From the NCBI GenBank assembly GCA_027474245.1, contig CM049887.1, positions 20,879,762 through 20,943,761 on the forward strand: a DNA stretch of 64,000 bases. The letters run 5' to 3'. Made by a program: the position numbers and the translations under genes. Below the pieces are notes generated by a model, which saw only the letters and a list, made by a program, of their open reading frames with translations, did no database searches and was not told the origin of the DNA. The DNA comes from Spheniscus humboldti. Lineage: Eukaryota. This document shows, piece after piece, positions 43,500-56,029 of this stretch. Positions within the stretch are counted from its first letter, which is position 1, and each line of letters opens with the position of its first letter.

Positions 43500-43766
43500 C
43501 AACAGGACAACGGGGAATGGTTTTAAACTAAAAGAGGGTAGATTCAGACTAGATAAGGAAAAAAATTTACTATGAGGGTGGTGAAACACTGGCACAGGTT
43601 GCCCATAGAGGTGGTAGATGCCCCATCCCCAGAAACATTCAAGGTCAGGTTGGACAGGGCTCTAAGCAACCTGATCTAGTTGAAGATGTCCCTGCCCATG
43701 GCAGGGGAGGGGCTGGACTAGATGACCTTTAAAGGTCCCTTCCAACACAAACCATTCTATGATAAT
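43500..43766 (+). mobile_element. CR1 3' fragment (ORF2 tail plus 3' UTR), sense orientation
   Basis: The plus-strand translation contains TRGNGFKLKEGRFRLDKEKNLLTMRVVKHWHRLPIEVVDAPSPETFKVRLDRALSNLI. The 3' UTR reads gtccctgcccatggcagggg...ggactagatgacctttaaaggtcccttccaacacaaaccattctatga. Confidence 0.8.
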
Positions 43767-46700
43767 GTTTGGGAAAAACATCTTTAAATAGTAAACCTTA
43801 AATATATTTTATTGACTCTTTAAATGTTAGTTTCTATTAACCAAGATATTAAACTCCCCATCTGAACAGTTACAAAACAGCTCTACAGAAACTCATCTTT
43901 TTTTCCAAAAAACACTACTTATTAAAAATGCTAATTCATCTAATAGTAACACCTAATCTCTGGAAAATTAAAACGGAACCTAAAGAAAGACTTGATGGAA
44001 GACAGAAATATCAGACTTAAATTCCATATTCCTCATGGAAGATTTAATAACCCAAAACAAGCATTAGCTCTGGTACTGAGATAAACCTACTTGATGCCTA
44101 CGCTACAGAAAGGCAGCTTGTGAAATATTCATGAGAAAAACCCTAAACATTTTAATTAAAAAATAGCATTTAGCCTGGCATCAAAAGACAGGCAACCTCG
44201 CTAAGACAAGTTAATTTCTATGTCCCAGTTTACTGCATTACCACTATTAAAATTTTCCACTCCGTGAGAGCTACTGAAGCAAAATGTTAGAGGCTAAGCA
44301 GAAGGTCAGAGGCTTACTGCTCACACTAAGAAAAAAACTACTCAGAAGGCACTGCTTCTTGAGAGAGAAACTAGATCTATAAATAAGCTTTCCTCACACT
44401 AAGCAACAGATCCATTAACAGGTTTCCTCACATCAAAAATACTATGTCTACAGACTCACTTCTTGCTTCTTGGGTATTTTAGTCTTTCTTTAAATATAGA
44501 CCCTCTGAATAAAGACAAACTTTTCTAAGCAGAGGAACTTATTTTGGCTGCAAGTCTCAAAGCCACCAAGTAAGATCACAGGATTTAGACAGGTGGATGA
44601 GTCCAAAATAGGTACCAAGTAGACAACTGAAACTGAAAGTTAATTTCTTCTTAGTCTGGGTAAATACGTGTACAAACTCCAAGTCAAACTTAACTTCAGT
44701 AGCTGAGGAAGAAAAAATGAGAATTATTAAGGCAAACATTAGTTTTAGCTTCTTCAAAATACGGAGGGCATTTATCAAACAATTACAGTAACAAAGGATT
44801 TTTCAAAAATAAATAATTATTTGTAAAAGCCTCATTCTTACTTGTCAGAAAATGGAAAATTGAAGAACTCTGTATTTGCGGAACTGAAGTTAGGTAAGTA
44901 GATTTTTTTTCCTAAACTTGTGAGCAGTAACAATTTTCAGAAATTATATTAAAAATATGGTATATAGACTTATTACATCTGCTCTTTAATAGATTTTTTT
45001 TTCATTTTTATCTGTAGAATCCATGAAATAGGAGAAGCTAAGTACGCAAATGGAGTATTCTATAAACAAGCACACCAGATGCATTTGAAGTCTTTCCATT
45101 AATAATTGAACAAAAATGGCATCTGCTAAATCTGAGGCCTCATGAAACACTAAGACTGGCAAAGACTGAAGTCATTTTGCCATTGCATATGAAGTATCTT
45201 TAGAAAAGTGTTCTTTTAGTTTCTTGATCCATTAGTCTTACTGAAAGAAAATTAAGTCATAAACAGTAACAGACAATCTAAAAAACACAGACAAAAAATT
45301 CCTTATCAATTACTGTAGAAGAGAAGAAACTTGGGAATGCTTACAAGTACTGCTGCAACACCTAAATTTGTACTGCAGATTTATGCACTTTTGACAGCAC
45401 ATTAAGGGACAAAAATTACTTATGAATGCTCACTTGTTCTGTTTGCAAGTTCACATGAAGTAAATATTATTATGTTCTAAAGCATTTTGTGCAAACATTA
45501 GAAGATTATGGCAACAGAGTAAAAGATTTTAGTCTCCTAAATATCTATAACACAAATTAACACAAGGAAAACTTATCACATTACCCTAAATATTCATAGT
45601 TCACACACTCTGAAATATGAAGTCATAAATTAATTGTTAACATTGTAATGATTATTTGCTTCATTACTGAAAAATTACCTTAGTAGCATACTTGATATAC
45701 ATAAAAACATAATCTAGAAAGTCAATTATGAACCATCCTAAAATGGCCATGAAATAAATACTTACAACCAAAAAGTACGTTATTCCACAAATAGCTTTGG
45801 TTTATATATACAAACACACAATATGCTACCAGAAGATGGCTGAAGTTCTGCATTGATTTTTATGCAATGTCTTTTCACACTAAAAGCAGATATGACAGTT
45901 AAAACAGTTTTGATATCTGGCGGTGTAATTAAAGGCTGAAAATAATTGATTTAGTTTCTGAAAATAATACAATGTGAGTATTTTAAGGCCTATTAAGGAA
46001 TTATTATTCTTGCCTAAAGCATCAAATTTAGTATCTAAAACACCATTTGAGGAACAGAAGAAATGCAAGATTTATGCATCTGTCTACTGATACATATCAC
46101 TGCAATCCTGCAAAAATGAAAAAAAATTAGTGCTACTACCAAAACTAAGACCACCCACAAAAACACAAACTGTGTATTTATAAACTGCTTGCTCAAAGGC
46201 CTAGCTTATGTTGCTTTATGCATAGGAAGAAACTTGATCACTGAAGTAAAGCCACTGCCAAGAAAGCAGGAATGTTTTGTCAGGTTGGGGTGGGTTGTTC
46301 GTTGGTTTTTTTTTTTTTTTTTCAGTTCTACATATAATGATCTGCCTTTCTCCAAGCTAGTTTTACCTTAAAAGGCTTTTAAGGCGTCAAACATGAACTA
46401 CTTCTTCCGTAAGTATGTATGCTGGATTGCAATAAGGAGGTAATTCATCTCTCCCAACCAAACTCTACAAAAGAGCTTTTGTAAAGCAGCTTAGCTTTAT
46501 AGCAGTTTGTTAAGAAACAGAGACTATATTCATACCACCTCACAAAACTTCACCATCATCAGCTTCATTAAGTACACTAGGCTGTCAAGATAAAATAACC
46601 AAATTTATTATTAGTAGAAAAGAGATTAAATTTGAAAAGATCCTTGGAATTTTTTATTTATTTATTATTGAAATTCTGCCTTAGCTTAGTTTTGAGTAAT

Positions 46701-49700
46701 GTGGGAAACAATTCTACATTCAGTGAAAATTCAAACTTCTTACATAACTGGGGCTTTTGAGGATAATGGAATCAGAAGACAAAAAAAAAAAAAAATAGCA
46801 GTCATTTAAGAGCCAAGAAGTGCAAAAAACTATCCCTGACTTACAGAACTCCAAGGAAAACTAACTGATAGTCTTCTTTCAAAAATGTCTACTACTAAAC
46901 TTGCAAGTGAATGTAGAAGTGAGGGATAAGGTATACCTCAGTAGGCTCAAAATAACAAAGAAATGAGAAGCTACATTTATAAACCGCTGCAAAGAAGGAC
47001 AAAATTCTTAGAACAAAGACTAAATAGTGGGGGTTTTTTTTCCCTCAATCAACTTTCTGGCATTCCTGAAGCTATGAACTTTGTTGTTGTTTTGGGATGT
47101 GCTTTTTTACTCCCCTGCTCTCATCTGTCTTACAGCTTTTGATCCAAGTCCACTACAGTCTCTGCTGTTGAGGCAATCTCCACTGCTTTAGTGGCTGCCA
47201 CTTTATGCCAATATTTACACAACATACTTGAGTAGCAGAGCTTCTGTCTAAGAAAAATGAAAAGGAAAACAAAACTACATCTAGAAATAATTCTTGAAAA
47301 GACTAGAAGATACGAAAAGTTAAGTACTATTTACAGTCTTACATGAAAGAACAGTAAGCATTCAGAAGTTGAAACTGATGAACTCACAAGAAACAGGTCC
47401 TTACATATGCAAGTAACACTTGAAAAAGGGGGATTTTCCTTGGAGCTAAGAGGACAAGGACACCCAAAAGTCTCAACTCCCTCTTTAAACTATCAGTAAG
47501 AAGAGCTGTAAGCCAGTATCACAGCTATTGTTTCATTAAGTACAATACCCACCTGACACTATTTTGCAGTGTTACTACAGAATTAGATCTGTGCACCATA
47601 AAACTAAGACTACAACTCCTACATATTTTGGCCTCTTTTGTAGACACGTGAAAACTATTTTAATACATTAAATCCAAATCACTCTCTTTTCACTGTTCTA
47701 AGTTGGTGACATGAACAAAAGTAGTTCCTGGAACTGGAATTATTTGGTAAAAAGGCTCTGATGGAGATTTAACAATGTAAATCTATGTAAACCATTCACA
47801 ATAGGATAGTAACCATTGCAGTTTGAATAATTAATGTATTACTAGGCCTTAGAAGTACTATATTTTAAAAATATTTGTGCTGCTGAAAAATAAAATATTG
47901 CTTCCAATCACCATCAGCAAGCTCCTCTTTCAGCAAGCAATATGTATGCAAAATAAAAATTAGCAAAATATTACAGGAAAACCAGTTTCCTGATTAAGCT
48001 ATCATGAAATTAGTATGCACATACATTGAGCTGTAACAGCAGATTTCAACTAACTGACTTTTAGAAAGCAAGGGAAAAACCCTAACCAATATGAAAGTGT
48101 TTATCAATAACTTATCTACTAGAGATCACACAACTAGACTAATAAATTGTTTAGGTATCACTAGGCTGCCCATTAGATTAACAATCAATGCACTCAAATT
48201 TTTAACGTGTAACATCACCATGAACAAGAATACCTCAGGAAGAGAAATCCCCACATCGAAAATATTTTTATCACCTGTAACTAAACCGAGTAACTGGTAA
48301 CTGCATTAAACTTGATTACAAGACGTTTTTCAAAAGTAGTCATACTGAAAAATCAAAGTTCAACAAGTTAGGGAAAAGATACAGAAAGAAACTTTAAACA
48401 GGAAAGCCTAATACTGCAGCCTCATATGAGAGGTTCCAATTCTGATTGTCATTGCACTTACCATTTATGTCCTTCTTTTATACTGAACAGTAAAAAGTGA
48501 TAGGATATAAGTGAAGGAAGCTTACTTTTCAAAGCTTTTAAGAAACAAAAACAAGGATTAGACACAATTATTATTTTCCTTCTAAATACATGGTTGGCAG
48601 AAGACTTTAATAAGTTATAAGGATTATGCCAAAAGAGTTTATCAAGACCTGATATGGTAAAAACTATCAACCAGTATCATAAAATGCAATTTTCACCAAG
48701 AGGCAACTTTTAAAATCTTACAGAGAATAATTTTTTTCAGTGTATGTACAATGGTAATCTGAGACTAGAAGTAATGACCAGCTGGAGTCTGTTCACAGTA
48801 AACAAGTATTAGTAAGAATAAATTTTTAAAATTTAGTTGTATAAGAAATTCTAATAAATTGAAAAAAGATGCAGTGTATCATTTTACAATCTCCAGAAAC
48901 AGTCTACAATTCTTCTCTGCTGCAAAATGCAAAGGCTTTTTCAAACTCCCATTCAGACTATACAACTTAAGTACAGTTATTTAAAGACATGTTATAATGA
49001 ACGCCTAACAAAATAATAGGCCATGCTTAGAGTTACATAGCTGCCCTTATAAAAAAAAGTTGCTAAAGAAAGTACATACAACACTTCCAATTTTGTTTCA
49101 ATTCTTCCTCTTTTAAAAGAACATTAGAAGTAAAACATAAGTCAACACATGACCAGAAGACTAAAGAATAGTCTTTAGACTATAGTCTTTAGAATAGGCT
49201 AGAGAAAACATTTTTTTAAATTATTGTATATGCCACTTCAACTTCGCATATTAAAAAACCACCACCCGTACTATGTATTCCTTTATATAACAGATAACAC
49301 TTTTGGTAGGGTTGTCACTGCACTGCTACATCTGTGTATTCTTGCAGTGTATTAATTAGTTCCAGATGAACACACAATTCCAGTAACACAACTCAGTAGG
49401 AAAGCTACACTCTTCCAAAGCATTCTTCCACCTTTACCTTTCCCCAAAAAAAATTTCATCGTATAAAAGTCGCAAAAATTATGCATAGTGATTGAAGTGC
49501 TTTCCATTTGAACCACTCCTCTTCCCTTCTTACGCTACATTTTTGCCATGTCCAGCACACCAACTTGAACAATTTCTATTCATGCAGACTTCGGAATTTA
49601 AAGATGCGGATAAGCACGAGGATGGCCAAACTGTGGTAAGCAATTCAAGCACAGAGGCTAAGTAGCATTGTTGCAAGAAGAACACCAGCAGAGGTTGCTG

Positions 49701-51426
49701 TGGCCAACATTACCTAGTTTTTCCAGCACCCCAAGCTGCAGGGTTATAGGCCACCACAATGTCCTAACAGCAATGGAATCTGAGGGAGCTACTGTCATCT
49801 CAAGCCTGTGGATTGGCTTCCCAACTTTCCCCTCCTGCAGTGAGTAGCGTGGGTGTCTCAGATCAGCCACAGGAGGATTTGGACAGGTAGCTTATAGGGT
49901 CAGAAAGTTGCGCCACCCCAAAAGATGCTACATGAAGATATTAAAGTGAAATGAAATTTTGTATTTGGCACTACAGAAGTCACAATCAATAAGTGCTATT
50001 TCTAAATTACATCAGACAATTGTTATGTGCTATTTCACAAAGTATGTTTAATATATGGGAACACACTAAAGGACATTATGAGTTTTGAATTCTTGATCTT
50101 CATCACCCCAAACGCATGCTGAAAGTTTTCTTTTACAGTGTGAGCACATATGGAAATAAACGATCGATTGTTTTCTGCTGCAAATTCTCAAAACCCAATC
50201 AGAAAAATTAACTGACAGCAACATCAAAGGAACAATTTTGCTTCCTCCCCATCTTTACTAAAAACACTAGGGGGCAGAGGATGGGAAAAAAGATGTCCTG
50301 CTGAGAGCAGGAAACCTTTTATTTTCTAACTTCTTTTAGGATGTTGCAGAACACACTTAATATATTCTTCTCAATCCTACAGAAAATGCTATGGTATAGA
50401 ATGTAAAATAGGTATTTCTTCCACAAAACACAAAATCAGAAAGTAGCTGAGAAACCAGCAGTTTGGTTTCTTATTTATGTATCATTGTACCTGAGTAAAG
50501 GGGAGCAAAATTCCCTCCTGCAGACTACAGTTGTTAAAACGTGAAAGAGCATGGTGCAGATCGCTTATTCATTGCTTCCTCACTAAGAATAGCTGTAACA
50601 GCAAAAGGTATCCTTCTCACATGAAATAAAGCATTCACAATACAGGTTGCATTCATTTAACTGCTTTAGTTGGTAGAAAAAAAAAATCATACCCTTGACC
50701 AAAATAGATCATCATGAAAATTTAGAAACTGACTCCCCTCATACCACCATTTTGCTAGTCCTGCAGGATGAATCTTCAGAGGGAGAACACACGTAAATTA
50801 CTAATATAAATAATGTAGAAATTATAGCAGAGGACCATTTTTTTTCCACCTTTATAATCTTTCGGTCCCCTTTAGTAAAGATTTTAAGGTTTTCCTCGTC
50901 TAGTTTTACACTAGGATCAAAGGGGAAAGTGATATTAGGCTCCATATGAAGTTAACACTGGCCATTTTGTTTCTGAAGTATATTATTCTTAGTAAGTTAA
51001 GCATAAACCAAAACAAGCAATTCAGACAAGCTTAACAGCCTGAACTGGTTTAAAATTTAAACCTTCAGTCAAACTAGGACATCTTCTTTTGGAAATGTCA
51101 TTTATTCCTATGACCTCCCACTTAGAAAAATTCTATTATTTTATTGGAAAAATTAATTTCCTGAATAAAAAAGGCAAATTATTATCTGAACACCTTCACT
51201 TAACTGAAATGTAACATCACCAGCTTGTAGGAAAAATAACAGTGATGCCATCGTACAAGAGAATAACTACACTACTAAATTCGTACCACTCCACTCATGA
51301 AAACGATGGAATACTGAAGGAAAAACAGTAAACAAGAAGGCGACAGCTCAATAGCTAGTATATAAAAATATTACAATAAAAAAAAGTCTTTTACAATTTA
51401 GACTTTCATCATAGAATTTTACTTAC

Positions 51427-51535
51427 ATTGTCCATGAAATTTGGCTTAAATCCTCCCTCCTGCTGTCGTCGTAATTCCTCCTGTTCCCTCTGACGTAGCA
51501 TCTCTTCTTCACGACGTCGATGTTCTTCTTCATGT
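51427..51535 (-). CDS. PSPC1: PSPC1 coding exon (coiled-coil region, 109 nt)
   Basis: An acceptor ttctag is followed by A CAT GAA GAA..., giving (R)[36 protein letters not shown]. The donor is AAT|gtaagt. Human reads [36 protein letters not shown]. Confidence 0.88.
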
Positions 51536-52514
51536 CTAGAATATTTGTCAAAAACTATGTCAACTTAGACTCTTGACCTGTTCAGGCTTGTACTCAGTCT
51601 CAGGAGATAAGATCAAGCATTATTTAATTTTTTATATAGTGTAAGGCACTAATCTACTCCCACCTGATGGGTCTGAATATTATTGAAGTTTTGTGGTTTT
51701 TTGTTTTTTTTTTTTTTTTAAACTGGAATACAGGTAATTACAATACCAGTACATTCTATACCTGTTCTTCTGGCTACATATTGGTAAGCAGGTTAAAATA
51801 CTCCAGTTTTTAACAAGGCACTATGGATTAAAACATTTAAATACTGCCAAAAGACACATTTTTAACTCTGCGAGGTGTCTGTGTTTTGTTCTTTTTTCTC
51901 ATCTACATTTCTTGTGATATTTAACATAAAAAAATATAAACTCAATCAACATGATGATACTATGTTTTCTTAAATTTTAGCAGAGGCATGAAAGCAAGTA
52001 TTTGTATGAATCAGATCTTAAAGGAAAAATTGTTTGCAACATACCAGAATATCAAGTGAAAACACCCCCAAAAATCTCATGTCAGACTGTACATTTGCAA
52101 TGCTACTATTCCACATGCAGATCACCTGCCCATAAATCTTAGAAGCATGTTCATATCTATTACAGCTATGCTTCAGACACAAGGTTAAATAAATCATGAA
52201 ACAAAAAAATTATGTTAAGACATTTCTACACTATTTAGAAAGCTCAGAAATTTACAACAGAACTAGTAGAGCTGAAATAAATGAAAAAATTCAAGAAACA
52301 CTTGAAACCACTCTTCTATAGTAGCATAAGTGATCACTTTTCTGTTCAAGAACACTAACAGAAACTTCACACATGCTTTTGAAAAGCAACTTTTTTAGCA
52401 GCAGAAACATTTTTATTTGATATCAAAAGCAAGCTCTACAGGCTAGAGTATCTAAATTCACGCAGGCCTACAGCAGCTGCATGCCACACCTTTGCGCAGT
52501 AGAAGACAAAATAC

Positions 52515-52599
52515 CTCAATTGTATCTGCTTGCGTTTTTGAAGTTCTTGATTTCGAAGTTCTTCCAAACGCCTCAATTCTTCTTGACGTCGCATGAGAT
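52515..52599 (-). CDS. PSPC1: PSPC1 coding exon (coiled-coil region, 85 nt)
   Basis: An acceptor ccttttag is followed by AT CTC ATG CGA..., giving (D)[27 protein letters not shown](R). The donor is AG|gtattt. It is identical to the human [29 protein letters not shown]. It overlaps ORF-track ORF 52436..52645(-). Confidence 0.9.
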
Positions 52600-55500
52600 C
52601 TAAAAGGATTAAAAATGCATAAAGATAAAAGCTGCCAATCAGCAATGTGGCAACACAAAAAATTGCTATTACTGTCAGATTACAGTTCTAATATTCAATT
52701 TTTAAAGAATTTTCTCAATGCATTTAACTAGCATCTTCCCATAAAGCTAAGTCTACTATATGAAAAAACACACTGGATCCACGGCTCACAGAAACACAGA
52801 AAGGTACGGGACTGGCAAAGCCTCTGAAGCGGGTTATGGAAACAGAAATCTGAAGTCCTCAAACAACAAAAAGGAAAAAAAAACCTCTCAATCACTTAAA
52901 TCACATCCTGGTTTTACATCTAGGGCAAGGCATCAATTTTCTCACAATGCTGTGTACTGCTAACTTCAGAGTAGCAAGAAAACTAGTGCCATATATACGG
53001 GCCTATACTCTCCACTACCTATTGCAGACCACTGCACGGCACACATCAGAAAAAAGTGGTATGAACTTCAGGTGCATGTAAGCTGAGCCTCCACAGAGAC
53101 TGCTTATAGCAACTTACAAATGACTAATCTTCAACACTACCAGAAAGGAACAGCTGTATCCTCTTAAAAAGCACGTAAAATGCTCTTAAAAAGCAGGGCC
53201 CAACTAACAGTAATTACTTTTGCAGTACTATTTTCTGACCAGTCATATTATTGATTTTTGCCTGGAAATTTATGCGTTCTTCAATGAATATTAATTCTAC
53301 CTTTTGTTAGAAAAACATTGTTTGCCTTTTCTATCTTCATAGGATATTGGCCACATGGCATTAGTTATAGACACTATGAGGAACATTCCACTATTATATG
53401 CCTTTTAATACTCCACACATTTCTCTATGCATTTCTTCACTATTCTAATGAAAGCATCTTCTTAGCTATGCAAATTACTTTCCTCAAACTTGCATCAGCA
53501 TATATTATTACAACTTAACCTTTTAAATATTCAAAAACAACTACAATAACCAGTACATTTCACCAAAATATCATGTATGTTTTCTTTTCTAACAGAGATT
53601 ATCAGATTTTTACTCTCACAGCATCCTTATTGACATTAGAGGTCCGTTCTCAAGCACACTTTGCAGGCTTGCTTTTCCAATCTCTTCTGCAAAATTAACA
53701 TATTTCACACTTCAGTAGAATATGATTACATTGAAGATTCACTCAAATCACAAAGTCTGAGGGCTGCTTATTTCCAACAGTGCTTTCCATAGCAGGCTTG
53801 GCCACTGTTATCCTGATACTCAGGGAGCACCACAAGCACACTTTTTCTTTTTTTAGATAACCTTTAGATTATTTCAGAGTACAAGTGCACTTTTTTCTTT
53901 TAAAATTAACCTTTAGGTTTTTTCAGGGTATTACTGAGATCAAGAACTGACCCATTCTATGCTCAATGTTGTCCACTGTTGGAAAAGTTGTTTCCTTGTC
54001 AGTTCTTTGTTCTTTCAAATTTGTGTAGCATTCCCTTTTTCTTGTGTTAATACACTAGCACAGCATTTCCTACTTGCTCTCTACCACTAATTGCTACAAA
54101 TTTATCATTTACTGCCCTTCATTCTTAAGGCATAGAGTCCTACTTTTCCCAGTGTCCTCTTAAATTTTTTTCACAACATAGTTCTGATTACTGCCTTTCC
54201 TGAAATTGTTAGTATTTTAAAGTTCAACATACCAATTTATGATCCGGTACCATTTCACAATGGCAGAATATTGGCACAAAGCCTTACTAGCCAGATGAAA
54301 ACATAGATCTAGAAATTCAGGCTGTGCACAGAGCCATTCATATTAAAAGATCTACAATGATGGTAATTCTGGACTAATGTGTGTTGGACACAGGCCCTTC
54401 CTCTGAATAGAAAAAACCTGCACTAAAACAGCTGTGAAAGAAAAAAGACAGAAAGCATTATTATTAGCCTCTGCACTTTCTTGTGCTTAAAAAGGGGCAA
54501 GGTCTTAATTTTATCCTCAACCTGCAGAGCAGAGGGCAGAAGGCAAAAGTGTACTCTCACCTCAGAAATTAATCCTACAAGCAGGAATATCAAGTCCAAA
54601 AAGATTTTTAAGTTGTTTTAAGCTACTGATTTTTCAGGTTCTAAAAATGGAGAACAAATGCCCAGCTTCCCTATAACTGATAAAGAATGAAGCTTCTGGT
54701 TAAATCCAGTCACATTTTCCAATATTTTCATAAACTATTTAACCATTATGAGGGAATATTTACAAAAGTCTGAAGCGTACCACCAATATGTAGATCAGAA
54801 ACATCACGCCAATTTACTTACACATGGAAACACGTATTCTGCTTTACAAATTACTCCTGACTCAATCTGTCAAAACATGACAGTTAAAACTGAAAAATTA
54901 CACATATCAGAAGAATGAAGTCTACCTTCAGTATTAATACCACACCACGAAAACCTGAGTACTTAAGCCAACATGATCAAGTCCTATTAGCTCTCATAAA
55001 GCAGCAATTTCTACAAAACCTTCACCTGCAGAAGTATATGGACTCTAGTAACCTCACCCTTCCCATCTTCTTTTTAGCTTCTGACAATTAATATACTGCA
55101 TTTCATATTTCAGAATAACTATTTCAATACACCTTTAAATCTGTTAACTAAAAATACAAAAATACTAATTCTAGGTTTGGATGCCTCGAAAGTTTCATTG
55201 CATCTTTCTTAAAAACCCTGTGATGCAATCTCATTAATATAATTAATATTCTTGGCATGGTCTGAACTTATACCCAGAGACACTGTTCAGACCAGCAAGA
55301 TTTAGAAGCAGCTAATGTCTGAAAATAAATACAAGAGGAAAAAAAACCCACCTTATTTTCACACACACTGAAGCTGGAGAGTTGATGAGATTAAAACAGA
55401 AGGAATGTTTACTAACCCCTAGAGTTTGGCAAATTAAACATCCGTAGGTGCATAGAGAAGTACTCACCAAAGAGAGGTACTCTGTTAACCAAACAGGGAA

Positions 55501-56029
55501 GGAAAAAACCCTCTTCCCACACTAACAAAAAGCAGGTTTCCTCACTGGAATATTAGCACCAAAAGCATTCATATTCTAGTGGCTCTTTAACAGAAAGAGT
55601 AATTCTTTTCCTTTTGCATATAAAAGTGGAGCTTAATAGATATTAAAAAACGGAGTATTTTTTCCTTCACAGTGTCCTTAAAAGAAACCCTAATATCCAC
55701 AAAACATACCTAAGCTGTTCTCCCATGGCCACTGTCATCTTATCTCAGTTTAAAACATAATTAAGGCATGACAATTTAGGAAAAAGTAATCCCTAACCTT
55801 CCCATCAAATATAGGCAACAGGTGGATAAATTCTAAAAAAAATTATGAGAGTTCAGAACTAGACCATTAGCATTGTCAAATATTAACAATTAGTTAATGG
55901 TAAATTTATCCACCCTGTATTTTCGGCATGGAGCCATCTTTATCAATATCAAAGTCAAACATATACACAAAATTAAAAATATGTGTCTAATTGAAAAGGG
56001 GGCGCTGTACTGTGTATTATAGGCATTGT

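Noticed and set aside
52458-52963. ORFs 52458..52658(-) and 52760..52963(+)
   Set aside because: The first is an alternative-frame reading across the 85-nt PSPC1 exon plus intron. The second is low-complexity Lys/Ser-rich intronic sequence.
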